Of a stretch of 64,000 nucleotides of DNA, positions 47,421 through 56,113 are shown piece after piece (within the stretch, counting starts at the first letter, position 1; each line of letters starts with the position of its first letter). The stretch covers positions 1 through 64,000 of the forward strand of contig CAVZJB010000008.1 in the NCBI GenBank assembly GCA_963775425.1, given 5' to 3'. The DNA is from an uncultured delta proteobacterium (GTDB lineage Bacteria; Myxococcota; UBA727; VGSZ01). The notes below the pieces were generated by a model. It had not been told where the DNA came from, ran no database searches, and saw nothing but the letters and a program-made list of their open reading frames with translations. The position numbers were made by a program, and so were the translations under genes.

Positions 47421-48186
47421 CGACCACGGTGGCGCTGCCGGACCGGGCCGCGGGCGGGGGCGGCGCGCGCTCCTGCGGGGCCGTCCCCACGAGCCACGCG
47501 GTGACGCCGCCGGCCACGGCGCCCACGACGACGGCGGCGCCCGCGCTGCCCCCGATGATCCACCAGCGCAGGTCCGCGCCGCGGTCGTCGCCGGCCGCGC
47601 CGGCGTCCGCGTCGGCCGCGGTCGTCGCGGGGGCGGCGACCCGCGGCGCGGCCTGCTCGTCGGGCGCGGGCGCTTGCGCGCGCGCGGTGAGCGCGTCGGG
47701 GGGCCCGTCGGGGGGCCCGTCGGGGGGCGCTGGCGCCAACCGCGCGAAGACGTCGTCGACGAGCTGCTTGGCGCGCGTGGCGGCGTCCTTGCCGCGGGGC
47801 AGGATCTCGGTGGCGCGGCCGGCGCCGCCGGGGCGGCTGGCGTCGACGAGGGTGAGCACCACGGCGAACGAACCGTCGGGGCGCGGCGCCGCCACCGGGA
47901 TGAGCACGAGCTCGACCTCGTCGAGCACGGCGAGCTTCCGGACGCAGGGCAGATCGCCCACCGTGCACTGCACCCCCGCGGCGCGCGCCGCCGCGAGCGC
48001 CGCGCGCGTCTGCTCCTTGGGTTGCACGGCGACGTCCTCGCGCTGCGCGGCCACCGCCGCGCGCAGGCCGTCGTCGACGACGCTCAGGTTCTCGAGCTGC
48101 GCGAGCGACACGTGCACGCCGGTCACGGGGAGCACCGCGAGCGGCCGTGCGCTGACGACGGCGAGCGCGAGGAAGAGGGCGTTCAT
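47413..48186 (-). CDS. Hypothetical secreted protein with a C-terminal TM anchor
   Basis: MNALFLALA signal, LAVLPV, CTVGDLPC, WWIIGG TM helix; typical myxobacterial architecture. Confidence 0.7.
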   Translation of the reverse strand: MNALFLALAVVSARPLAVLPVTGVHVSLAQLENLSVVDDGLRAAVAAQREDVAVQPKEQTRAALAAARAAGVQCTVGDLPCVRKLAVLDEVELVLIPVAAPRPDGSFAVVLTLVDASRPGGAGRATEILPRGKDAATRAKQLVDDVFARLAPAPPDGPPDGPPDALTARAQAPAPDEQAAPRVAAPATTAADADAGAAGDDRGADLRWWIIGGSAGAAVVVGAVAGGVTAWLVGTAPQERAPPPPAARSGSATVVVP

Positions 48187-48308
48187 CGGAGCGGAATCAT
48201 ACATCGACGCGCAGTGGCGCCGATGTGCCCCTGTCTCGACGACGAGCAACACGGGCCGAAGATTTTCGCGCGGCGACGGAGCTCGACTACCGTACGAGCA
48301 GGAGGTCG

Positions 48309-48440
48309 ATGATGTCGTTGCTTACCCTCTTTGCAGAGTTCCTCATCGGTACTTTCAACTTCCCGATCTTCCGCGACTGGATCGGCGACCGCGCCCAGCA
48401 GATCGACACCTGCGCCGGCGGCAGCTGCGTCGAGCGCTGA
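48309..48440 (+). CDS. Small protein, 43 aa (MMSLLTLFAEFLIGTFNFPIFRDWIGDRAQQIDTCAGGSCVER)
   Basis: Strong GGAGG RBS directly upstream, isolated gene, hairpin downstream. Confidence 0.55.
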   Translation: MMSLLTLFAEFLIGTFNFPIFRDWIGDRAQQIDTCAGGSCVER

Positions 48441-48468
48441 GCCCGCTGAGCGTCGGGCGCTCCCGAAA

Positions 48469-48501
48469 CGACACGCGCCTCCGAAGGGGAGGCGCGTGTC
48501 G
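48469..48501. terminator. 14-bp stem hairpin between the small ORF and the convergent tRNA-Ile
   Basis: cgacacgcgcctcc-gaagg-ggaggcgcgtgtcg. Confidence 0.65.
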
Positions 48502-48516
48502 CGGGATCTTTCGGGT

Positions 48517-48593
<77 letters not shown>

Positions 48594-48604
48594 CCGGCCC
48601 TCCC

Positions 48605-48633
48605 CACGTAGCCAGACCCGCGCGTGTTTGCAA
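48605..48633 (-). promoter_or_regulatory. Putative sigma70 promoter of tRNA-Ile
   Basis: Minus strand TTGCAA-N17-TACGTG. Confidence 0.5.
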
Positions 48634-48643
48634 CGCTGTTTGC

Positions 48644-49240
48644 GTGCGGCTGATGGTCTACGACGCCACGTGGGTCGGGCGCGCCTCGCAGGTGGGCCTC
48701 ACCTCCTCGTGGATCGCCGGCGGCGCGCTGTATCGCGCGCTCGGCCGGCTCGATCACGTCTACGGCGCCCGGTCGTGGGAGGACGCGCTCGCGTGGCTGT
48801 GCTCCGTGGAGCCCTCGCGGCCGATCTCCGAGGTGCAGTACTGGGGGCACGGGCGCTTTGGCCGCGCGCTCATCGCCAGGGACGTCCTCGACAAGCGCGC
48901 CCTGGACGACCCCGCGCACCCCCGCCACGACGACCTCGCCGCGCTGCGCGACCGGCTCACCGGCGACGCGCTCGTGTGGTTCCGGACCTGCGAGACCTTC
49001 GGCCGCCCGGAGGGCCACGCCTTCGCCGCCGCCTGGACGCGCTTCTTCGAGCGCCGCGCCGCCGGCCACACCTACGTGATCGGCCCCTTTCAAAGCGGGC
49101 TCCACTCGCTGTCGCCGGGCCAGGCGCCGTCGTGGTCCGTCGACGAAGGCGTCGGCGAAGACGGCAAGGCGCTGATGTCCTCGCCCGGCGCGCCCCACAC
49201 CATCACCTGCCTCCACGGCGCCGTGCCCGCCGGGTGGTGA
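48644..49240 (+). CDS. Hypothetical protein, DUF4347/clan CD peptidase-like
   Basis: EVQYWGHG and WFRTCETF resemble the His-Gly...Cys spacing of the caspase-like fold. Confidence 0.55.
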   Translation: MRLMVYDATWVGRASQVGLTSSWIAGGALYRALGRLDHVYGARSWEDALAWLCSVEPSRPISEVQYWGHGRFGRALIARDVLDKRALDDPAHPRHDDLAALRDRLTGDALVWFRTCETFGRPEGHAFAAAWTRFFERRAAGHTYVIGPFQSGLHSLSPGQAPSWSVDEGVGEDGKALMSSPGAPHTITCLHGAVPAGW

Positions 49241-49253
49241 TACAAGCGACGCC

Positions 49254-50471
49254 GTGACGAGCGCTCATCAGGTCCTCGAGGAGCACCTGCAAAACGGCAG
49301 GCTCGACCCCGCCGAGGCCATGGCGCGTCACATGCTCGAGGCCGACACCGAAGATCCGCTCGCGCACGTGGCGTGGGCGCGCATCTCGGCGATGCGCGGC
49401 CACCTCGACGACGGCATCAAGCGGCTCGAGCGCCTCCTCGCCGGAAACCCCAAGCAGCCGGACGCGCTCGCGTGGCTGGCGGTGCTCTGGAACGACAAGG
49501 GCGACACCGAGCGCGCGCTGCTCCTCGCCCGCCGCGCGGTCTCCCTCGGCGCGCGCGTGCCGCAAAACGACGTCATGCTCGGCGACGACGCGCTCTCCCG
49601 CGGCGTCGTCGACGAGGCGGTGCGCTACTACGACCGCGCCGCCGCGCAGGCGCCCAGGCTCGCGCCGGCGTGGATCGGGCGCGGGCGCGTGATGCGCAGC
49701 CAGGGGCAGCTCGCCGACGCCGAGGACGCCTTCGCCCGCGCCGTCGAGGTCGCGCCGCTGCGCGTGGACGCGTGGGTGAACCTCATCGAGGTGGAGCTCG
49801 AGGGCGGCGCCGACGACGCCGCCGCGGACAACCTCGCCCTCGCGCTCAAGGCGCACCCGGGCAACCGCGAGCTGCTCGCGCTCAAGGCCAACGAGGAGAA
49901 GAAGAAGGCCGACACCTACGACCCGGTCGAGGCGGCGCTCAAGGACATCCGCGACAAGATCTACCGGGGCGACACCGAGGCCGCGCTGCGCACGCTCTAT
50001 GCCGTCATCGACGAGCACCCCGGCGATCCGCGCACCTACGTCGCCGAGGCCGAGATCGCCGCGGTGGCGGGCCAGGGAGACATTCCGGCGCTGATCAACG
50101 CCCTCACGCGCATGGTGCGCGATCGGCCCACGGCGTGGGAGCCGCGCGCGGCGCTCGGCCGGCTCATGCTCCGGCCCGGCCCGATGCAGAACGTGCGCAT
50201 GGGCCTCGCCCACTGCGAGGAGGCCTGGCGCACCTCGGGCGAGCACCCGCGCGCGGGGCTGTTCCTGTTCGAGGCCTTCGCCGTCGTCGACAAGCGCGCC
50301 CTGGCGCTGGCGCTCGGGCAGAAGCTCTCCAAGGGCGAGGGGCCCGAGGCGGAGGTGGTGCGCCAGCTCCTCGGCGAGGTGCACCCGCCGGTGCCCCACA
50401 AGCCCTTCAGCAAGCCCCCGCGGCCCGAGTTCCTCGAGGGCGGCGACGACGACGACGGAAGCGGCGCCTGA
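49254..50471 (+). CDS. Tetratricopeptide repeat protein
   Basis: Multiple TPRs (AWIGRGRV..AEDAFARAVEVAP and others). Confidence 0.85.
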   Translation: MTSAHQVLEEHLQNGRLDPAEAMARHMLEADTEDPLAHVAWARISAMRGHLDDGIKRLERLLAGNPKQPDALAWLAVLWNDKGDTERALLLARRAVSLGARVPQNDVMLGDDALSRGVVDEAVRYYDRAAAQAPRLAPAWIGRGRVMRSQGQLADAEDAFARAVEVAPLRVDAWVNLIEVELEGGADDAAADNLALALKAHPGNRELLALKANEEKKKADTYDPVEAALKDIRDKIYRGDTEAALRTLYAVIDEHPGDPRTYVAEAEIAAVAGQGDIPALINALTRMVRDRPTAWEPRAALGRLMLRPGPMQNVRMGLAHCEEAWRTSGEHPRAGLFLFEAFAVVDKRALALALGQKLSKGEGPEAEVVRQLLGEVHPPVPHKPFSKPPRPEFLEGGDDDDGSGA

Positions 50472-50511
50472 GCGACACACGCGGCGAGCGTGATAGGTTC
50501 GCCAGGCCGCC

Positions 50512-51282
50512 ATGCCCCAGAAGAACCCCGACGAGGCCCGCGCCAACGACATCGCGCAGAAGAGCGAGTCGATGGCCCGTGAGCTGTCGCAAAAGCGGGA
50601 GCTGCGCATCCGTCAGGAGCGCGTGCGCCACCTGTCGTCGGACGACTCCGGCGGCGGCAGCCGCACGCGCAAGCCGGCGCCGCTCGCCGAGGACAAGACC
50701 GTGCGCGCCGAGGACGTGCGCGAGCCGCACCGCGAGCAGCGGCCGCGGTCGGCGCCCACGCAGACGGTGCCCTTCTACCCGGAGCGCCGCCCGTCGATGC
50801 TCGACGAGGTGGCCACGGAGCTCGAGGAGCTCCTGCGCGATCTGCGCGGCGGCTGGCGTCGTTGGGAGGCCGCGGACCGCATCACCTTCGTCGCCGCCTT
50901 CGCCACCCTGATCGGCGTGCTCCTGCCGTGGACCAGCGACAAGACCCACGTGTTCCAGCTCGGCATCGCCGCCGGCGGCGGGTTCCACGCGGCGCTCGCG
51001 TGCGCGGCGGTGGCGCTCCTCGTCGGGCGCGGCAAGCGCGGCGAGCGCGGCGGGCGCGCGCGCACGTCGGCGGCGCGGCGGGCGAGCTTGTGGCACCTGT
51101 TGCTCGGCGCCACGTCGACGATCCTGTGCGCCTACTTCCTCGTCATCTACGGCGCGCAGCGCTCGGCGGCGACGGGGCTCGAGATCCGCTTCGGGCTCTA
51201 CGTCACGTTGGCCGCCGGCATGGGGCTGTCCTATGGTGGCTTCGCGCGGTTCTGGAGCCGCCACGAGGGAGAGCGCGGATGA
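50512..51282 (+). CDS. Hypothetical membrane protein (charged N-terminus, 4 TM helices)
   Basis: LIGVLLPW...FGLYVTLAAG hydrophobic segments. Confidence 0.7.
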   Translation: MPQKNPDEARANDIAQKSESMARELSQKRELRIRQERVRHLSSDDSGGGSRTRKPAPLAEDKTVRAEDVREPHREQRPRSAPTQTVPFYPERRPSMLDEVATELEELLRDLRGGWRRWEAADRITFVAAFATLIGVLLPWTSDKTHVFQLGIAAGGGFHAALACAAVALLVGRGKRGERGGRARTSAARRASLWHLLLGATSTILCAYFLVIYGAQRSAATGLEIRFGLYVTLAAGMGLSYGGFARFWSRHEGERG

Positions 51283-51617
51283 GCGACGATCTCAAGGCCT
51301 TCAAGATCTCCGACCAGGTGAAAAAGCAGGTCGACCGGCCCAAGGGCGCGCCGCCCGCGGAGGCGGAGGCGCCTCAGGCGTCGGCGGGCTTCCCGCGCAT
51401 CGAGGCCCTCGTCGAGAGCGACGTCCCCGACGTCGAAGGCCTCGCCGAGCGCCAGGGCCTCCTCGAGGAGATGGCCAAGGGCAAGGCCTCCAACAAGGAC
51501 AAGGCGTCCGCCAAGAAGGCCGCCGCGGCCTACGCCAAGGCCCGCGCCCTCATCAGCTATCTGCTTGAAACAAAAAGAAAAATGACCGGCGTCGGGCCCG
51601 ATACGACAGGTGGCTGA
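51279..51617 (+). CDS. Small helical hypothetical protein
   Basis: ATG overlaps the upstream stop (ATGA); MSDDLKAFKISDQVKKQ...; strong codon bias. Confidence 0.75.
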   Translation: MSDDLKAFKISDQVKKQVDRPKGAPPAEAEAPQASAGFPRIEALVESDVPDVEGLAERQGLLEEMAKGKASNKDKASAKKAAAAYAKARALISYLLETKRKMTGVGPDTTGG

Positions 51618-51727
51618 GGAAGGATCTCGAGGGGGCGCCCGCGCAACCAGCCGTCGGGCCCAGCGATAACCCCCTTGAACGATTTCAGCACTCACCCACC
51701 GATTCTCGAACAGCGAGGGAAGACACC

Positions 51728-52261
51728 ATGACCATCAACGTGACCGGCGGCGGCAACCGTTCCATCCAGCTCGACTCGTCCAGCACCACGGTGCGCCAGT
51801 CTCCTCGCACCGACTTCGGAACGCAGGTGCGCAACGGCATCGCGACCGGCGCGGGCACCGCGGGCGCCGCCCTTGGTGTGGCCGCTCCCTTCGTCCCCGG
51901 CGCGGCGGTCGTGTCCGCGGCGGTCACCGGCGCGGCCGGCGGCGTGCAGGGCAGCGCGGGCGGCTTCGGCGGCGGCGCGGGCGGCGCGGCGGGCAGCGGC
52001 GTGGCCACCGTCGGCTCCGACGGCATCCCCCTGAACGGCCCCGGCCTGAACACGCCGACGGGCACGCAGTCCACCGGCAACAACCAGCAGGACCTCATCA
52101 ACCAGACCAAGGACATGCAGGAGATGATGGCCAGCTTCAACCTGCAGTACCTCCAGCTCCAGGAGAAGATGCAGGCGGAGAACCGCTCCTTCACCACCGT
52201 GTCCAACGTCATGAAGACCAAGCACGACACCGCGAAGTCGAGCATCTCGAACGTCCGCTGA
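51728..52261 (+). CDS. Gly-rich protein with a T3SS needle/filament-like C-terminal helical hairpin
   Basis: RBS GAGGGA; C-terminus NLQYLQLQEKMQAENRSFTTVSNVMKTKHDTAKSSISNVR resembles SctF/SctI/EspA-Bsp22 termini; own terminator. Confidence 0.65.
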   Translation: MTINVTGGGNRSIQLDSSSTTVRQSPRTDFGTQVRNGIATGAGTAGAALGVAAPFVPGAAVVSAAVTGAAGGVQGSAGGFGGGAGGAAGSGVATVGSDGIPLNGPGLNTPTGTQSTGNNQQDLINQTKDMQEMMASFNLQYLQLQEKMQAENRSFTTVSNVMKTKHDTAKSSISNVR

Positions 52262-52278
52262 TCTCTTCTGCTAGAGTG

Positions 52279-52307
52279 AGCCCGGGCAACCACCCGGGCT
52301 TTTCTCT
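52279..52307 (+). terminator. Rho-independent terminator
   Basis: agcccggg-caacca-cccgggct followed by tttctct. Confidence 0.75.
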
Positions 52308-52336
52308 ACCCGGATCGATGTAGGAGCAGGGAACAC

Positions 52337-52756
52337 ATGGAGCCGGTCGAGATCCTCAAAGGGCTGATCGAGGTTCCCCAGCCGGAGGCGGCGCTCCTCC
52401 TCGAGGCCGGCTACCTCTACATGGAGATGGGAAAGCCCAAGGACGCCGAGGACGTGTTCGTCGGCGTCTGCGCCCTGTTGCCCCAAAGCGACGTGCCGCT
52501 CGTCGCGCTCGGCAACCTCGAGTTTTCGCAGGGTCGTTTCCAACGCGCGCTCACGCACCACCAGGCGGCGCTCAAGCTGCGCCCGCAGTCGGCGCTGGCG
52601 CAGGCGCACGTGGGCGAAGCCCTGCTGTGGCTCAAGAAGGTCGACGAGGGAAAGAAGGCGCTCGAGCGCGCCATCGAGATGGAGCCGGCAGGGATGCCGG
52701 CTGCGTTTGCCAAGGCTCTCCTGGAGGCGCACGCTGCCGGAGAGCTGAACCGATAA
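52337..52756 (+). CDS. Small TPR protein, T3SS chaperone-like (SycD/YscG/SctY class)
   Basis: 139 aa, three TPRs (LLEAGYLY..AEDVF; LVALGNL..ALKLRP; AHVGEAL..AIEMEP). Confidence 0.7.
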   Translation: MEPVEILKGLIEVPQPEAALLLEAGYLYMEMGKPKDAEDVFVGVCALLPQSDVPLVALGNLEFSQGRFQRALTHHQAALKLRPQSALAQAHVGEALLWLKKVDEGKKALERAIEMEPAGMPAAFAKALLEAHAAGELNR

Positions 52757-52781
52757 GCTGGACGTAGGGGCGGAGGACACG

Positions 52782-53156
52782 ATGCGCATTGGACGAGGAG
52801 GCGGCCCCAGAGGACCCACCGGCGCCAACAACGCCGGCCCCGTCAACAAGGCCGGCTCCGCCAAGTTTGGCGGCATGGTGGGCGGCACCGCCGCCAACGG
52901 GACCGAAGAGGCCAACCGCGTCCAGAGCGCCATGATGCAGGAGCTCGCGGCGCTCGCCGCCGAGCTGCGCGCAGGCAAGGCGACCAAGGAAGAGGCCAGC
53001 CGCCGCTTCGTCGGCCTCGTCATCCGCCAGAAGTTCGGCAAGCAGAAGGGCAAGGGCGCCCAGAAGATGGAAGAGGCGGTGAGCGACCTCGTCGAGGCCG
53101 ACCCGCAGTTCGTCTCGCGCCTGCAGTCCCAGCTCAAGCGCATCGCGGGCGGCTGA
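52782..53156 (+). CDS. Hypothetical protein with a disordered Gly-rich N-terminus (possible T3SS substrate)
   Basis: RBS GGAGG; MRIGRGGGPRGPTG followed by a helical C-terminal domain. Confidence 0.75.
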   Translation: MRIGRGGGPRGPTGANNAGPVNKAGSAKFGGMVGGTAANGTEEANRVQSAMMQELAALAAELRAGKATKEEASRRFVGLVIRQKFGKQKGKGAQKMEEAVSDLVEADPQFVSRLQSQLKRIAGG

Positions 53157-53273
53157 GCGCGCGCATTGGTTCGCTGACGCTCACGAACAGCCGCGCCCTC
53201 CGGGCGCCCGGGGCGGCTGAGCGCGCGCCTTGGTTCGCTGACGCTCACGAACAGCCGCGCCCTCCGGGCGCCC
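53147..53273. repeat. Two near-identical 63-64 bp direct repeats (REP/BIME-like)
   Basis: gggcggctgagcgcgcgc(a/c)ttggttcgctgacgctcacgaacagccgcgccctccgggcgccc x2, followed by hairpin ccccggct-cgctca-agccgggg. Confidence 0.85.
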
Positions 53274-53353
53274 CGGCTCGCTCAAGCCGGGGGTCGGCTC
53301 GTGAGCGCGACGCCTCCGGGTCGGAGGAACCGTTCGGCTCGGCGTGTTGTCGC

Positions 53354-53770
53354 TTGGGCATGCACACGCCCACCGCCATCCGCAGGGTCGCTCCCGACCG
53401 CGCCGCCGTCGACGCCGCGCGCCTCCGCGCCGGCCTGCGCCGGCAACGCGCGATGCTGCTCGTGCCGTTCGCGCTGCTCGGCGTCGTCGTCGCGTGGGGC
53501 GCGTGGGCGCTGGCGCCGGCGGAGGTGTCGTCGATGTGCGTGCCCCTCGCCGACGATTGCTGGTGGCCGTCGCTCGACCTCGCGTTCACCGCGCGCCTCG
53601 CGTTCTGCGCCGGCATCGTCGCCGCCTGCGGCGCCCTGGCGGTGGTGCTGCGCGGCCGCCGCGCGCTCGCCGACGACGCGCTCGCGCTCGGCGTGGACCG
53701 CAGCGCCCTGCGCTGCTCCGGCGGCACGCCCGAGCCGTTCTATTTGCAGATGCGCGACATGCCGTGTTGA
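53354..53770 (+). CDS. Small hypothetical membrane protein (2 TM helices)
   Basis: Two hydrophobic segments separated by CVPLADDC. Confidence 0.55.
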   Translation: MGMHTPTAIRRVAPDRAAVDAARLRAGLRRQRAMLLVPFALLGVVVAWGAWALAPAEVSSMCVPLADDCWWPSLDLAFTARLAFCAGIVAACGALAVVLRGRRALADDALALGVDRSALRCSGGTPEPFYLQMRDMPC

Positions 53771-53835
53771 GCGGCCTGAGTGTCCGTCGTCGTTCGACCG
53801 ATTCCGCGGAGGCCGCCGGCCGATAGCGAAGCGCG

Positions 53836-54996
53836 ATGACCAAGCTTTTCGCCTTCGCCGATCGCTCGCTGCGTGAGCTCGCCAAGTACGCGTACGCCCT
53901 CAACCAATCGCGCGCCCGCCTGCTGATGGACCCGGTCTACGACGCCGTCTGCGCAGGCGTCCTGCGCGGCGTGGAGCCGAGCCCGCTCCTCATGGGCGAG
54001 CGCGTCTCGAAGAACCTCTACCTCGACTACCGAAGCGCGTCGCGCAAGCTCATGTGGTTCATCGAGGACGTCGACTTCGACGAGGCGCGGCCGGAGCTGT
54101 TGCCCCCGCGGCAGCGGCTGATGATGCACACGGTGGCGCTCGGCGAGACCTCCGGCTCCGCCGTGGCCGACGGCTTCCTGCGCGCGTTCCGCACGCACCC
54201 GGAGCTGGCGGCGTTCTTCGGCACGTGGTTCGTCGAGGAGCTCAACCACTTCATCGGCTTCCACCTCTACCTCACGCGGATGAAGGAGGCGTGGCCGGCG
54301 CAGCGTGGGCTCGACGTCGCCCGCACGGAGTTTCAGCCGTATGCGAAGGGCACCATGGAGATCGCCGCGGCCAACATGTACCAGGAGCTCATCGGCTACC
54401 TCGTGTACGCGAGCTTCAGCCGCCAGGCGAAGGACCCGTTCCTCGCGCGCCTGTTGATGCGCTTCGCCCGCGACGAGATGCGGCACTACAAGTTCTACCA
54501 GCAGATCGTCGTGCGCGAGATCCAGCGCGACCCGGGCTTTCGCCGCACCGTGCTCAAGGTGATCTTGAAGTCGACGACGCCCTACAACCAGGTCGCCGGC
54601 GGCGTGCAGAACGTGCTCCACCACCTCGAGCTCGGCGCCTTCTACTTCCGCAAGCCCGAGTACGAGCAGTTCCTCAAGCACGTCGGCTACCTGCTCGGTG
54701 ACGAGCGCCGCGGCTTCTTCGACTGGTTCTTCCGCGGCATCGCGCCGCCGTGCACGTTGTGCCGGCGCGAGCTCGTCCAGTGCGACTGCGCGTCGTACGA
54801 CGATGACGCCGAGCCGGCCGCGCGCAACCCGGCGTGGTGGCGCCAGGTGTCGCGCGCGGGGCGCCGCGACAGCGACGTCGACGTCGACGCCTGGGTCGAG
54901 CAGATCCTCGCGCAGCGCGCCGCGGTCCGACGACACAGCGCCGGCGGCTTCGAGGGGGCACGCCCCCTCGAAGCCGCCGTGCACATCAGCCCTTGA
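53836..54996 (+). CDS. Ferritin-like diiron protein (acyl-ACP desaturase-like) with a Cys-rich C-terminal motif
   Basis: ALGE, VEELNH, YQEL, RDEMRH diiron ligands; CTLC..CDC. Confidence 0.8.
   Translation: MTKLFAFADRSLRELAKYAYALNQSRARLLMDPVYDAVCAGVLRGVEPSPLLMGERVSKNLYLDYRSASRKLMWFIEDVDFDEARPELLPPRQRLMMHTVALGETSGSAVADGFLRAFRTHPELAAFFGTWFVEELNHFIGFHLYLTRMKEAWPAQRGLDVARTEFQPYAKGTMEIAAANMYQELIGYLVYASFSRQAKDPFLARLLMRFARDEMRHYKFYQQIVVREIQRDPGFRRTVLKVILKSTTPYNQVAGGVQNVLHHLELGAFYFRKPEYEQFLKHVGYLLGDERRGFFDWFFRGIAPPCTLCRRELVQCDCASYDDDAEPAARNPAWWRQVSRAGRRDSDVDVDAWVEQILAQRAAVRRHSAGGFEGARPLEAAVHISP
54942..54979. repeat. Perfect 18-bp inverted repeat at a convergent gene junction
   Basis: cggcggcttcgagggggc-ac-gccccctcgaagccgccg. 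Confidence 0.8.
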
Positions 54997-56113
54997 GCTC
55001 GAGCCTGGTCAGCGCGCCGTCGCCCATGACGACGTGCAGCGTGCCGACCTTCGCCGCGAGCTCGTTGTAGGCCTCGAGCTCCTTGAGGCGAACGAGCAGC
55101 GGGTTGTCCGCCAGCACCTTCGCGGTCTGCGCGAGGCTGCGGGTGGCCGCGGTCTCCTCGCGCCGCAGGATCACGTTGGCCTCCGCCTCCTTCTGCGCCT
55201 CGATGACGCGGTTGAGGAGCGCCTTCATCTCGCCGGGCAGGATGAGGTCGCGGACGCCGACGTCGCCGACCTCGATGCCGAGCTCGGCCGCCTTCGCCTT
55301 GATCGCCGGCGCGAGCGCGTCGACGAGGAGCTCGCGGCGGGCGAGCAGCTCGTCGAGGACGTGGCCCGCGGTGCTCTCGCGCAGCGCGAGCTGCGCGGCG
55401 AGGTACAGGGCCTCCTCGGGCGCCTTGGCCACGCGGTGCGCCTTCGTGGCGTCGACGATCTTCCAGGTCGCGCTCACGTTGACGCGGAGCGTGACCTTGT
55501 CCTTGGTGATCACGTCCTGGCCGGTGACGGCCATGATGCGCTCACGCAGATCGACGAGCAGGAAGGCGACCCGACGGCGCACGGTCCAGGCCGCGTGCCG
55601 GCCCGGGCCGAGCTCGGCGTCGACCGCGCCGTCCACGGCGCGGAGCGCGACGTGGCCGTCGGGGACGACGATCTCGACGTAGTCGCGCGCCGGCACGATG
55701 GCGCGGAGCTCCTCGCGCAGGGGCTCGGCGGTGACGCCGCCGGCGTCGAGCACCACGAGGGTGATCGCGCTGACGGCCTCGACGCGCCCGTCCTTGCGGA
55801 CCTCGACGCGGTCGACGGTCCACACGAGGTGAACGCCGGCGGCGAGCCACTGCACGGGGCGGCCGCGGCGCACGACGACGGCGCGCTCGGTCTCCCCGAC
55901 GCTGACGGCGGCCAGCTCGGCGGGATCGAACAGGCGCGCGTGCTCGCCGGGCATGTCGACGACGAGCGCGCGGGTGTCGTATCGGACGACCTCGACCTTG
56001 GCGAAGCTCCACACGACGTGGCGGCCGGGGACGAGCGCACGCTCGGCCACGCCGTCCTTCACGAGGACGCCGCGCTCATGGAGCTTGATGTCGATGACGG
56101 TGCGAAGAGCCAT
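54986..56113 (-). CDS. Slipin (SPFH/band 7) family protein
   Basis: RBS AAGGAGG before MALRTV; GQDVITKDKVTLRVN, VRDLILPGEMKALLNRVIEAQKEAEANVILRREETAATRSL, NPLLVRLKELE. Confidence 0.9.
   Translation of the reverse strand: MALRTVIDIKLHERGVLVKDGVAERALVPGRHVVWSFAKVEVVRYDTRALVVDMPGEHARLFDPAELAAVSVGETERAVVVRRGRPVQWLAAGVHLVWTVDRVEVRKDGRVEAVSAITLVVLDAGGVTAEPLREELRAIVPARDYVEIVVPDGHVALRAVDGAVDAELGPGRHAAWTVRRRVAFLLVDLRERIMAVTGQDVITKDKVTLRVNVSATWKIVDATKAHRVAKAPEEALYLAAQLALRESTAGHVLDELLARRELLVDALAPAIKAKAAELGIEVGDVGVRDLILPGEMKALLNRVIEAQKEAEANVILRREETAATRSLAQTAKVLADNPLLVRLKELEAYNELAAKVGTLHVVMGDGALTRLELKG

Noticed and set aside
51660-51710. Sigma28/FliA promoter upstream of the needle-like gene
   Set aside because: CCGAT-like -10 elements are present but no -35 at the correct spacing
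53147-53273. 64-bp repeats as a CRISPR array
   Set aside because: Only two contiguous copies, no spacers, no cas genes
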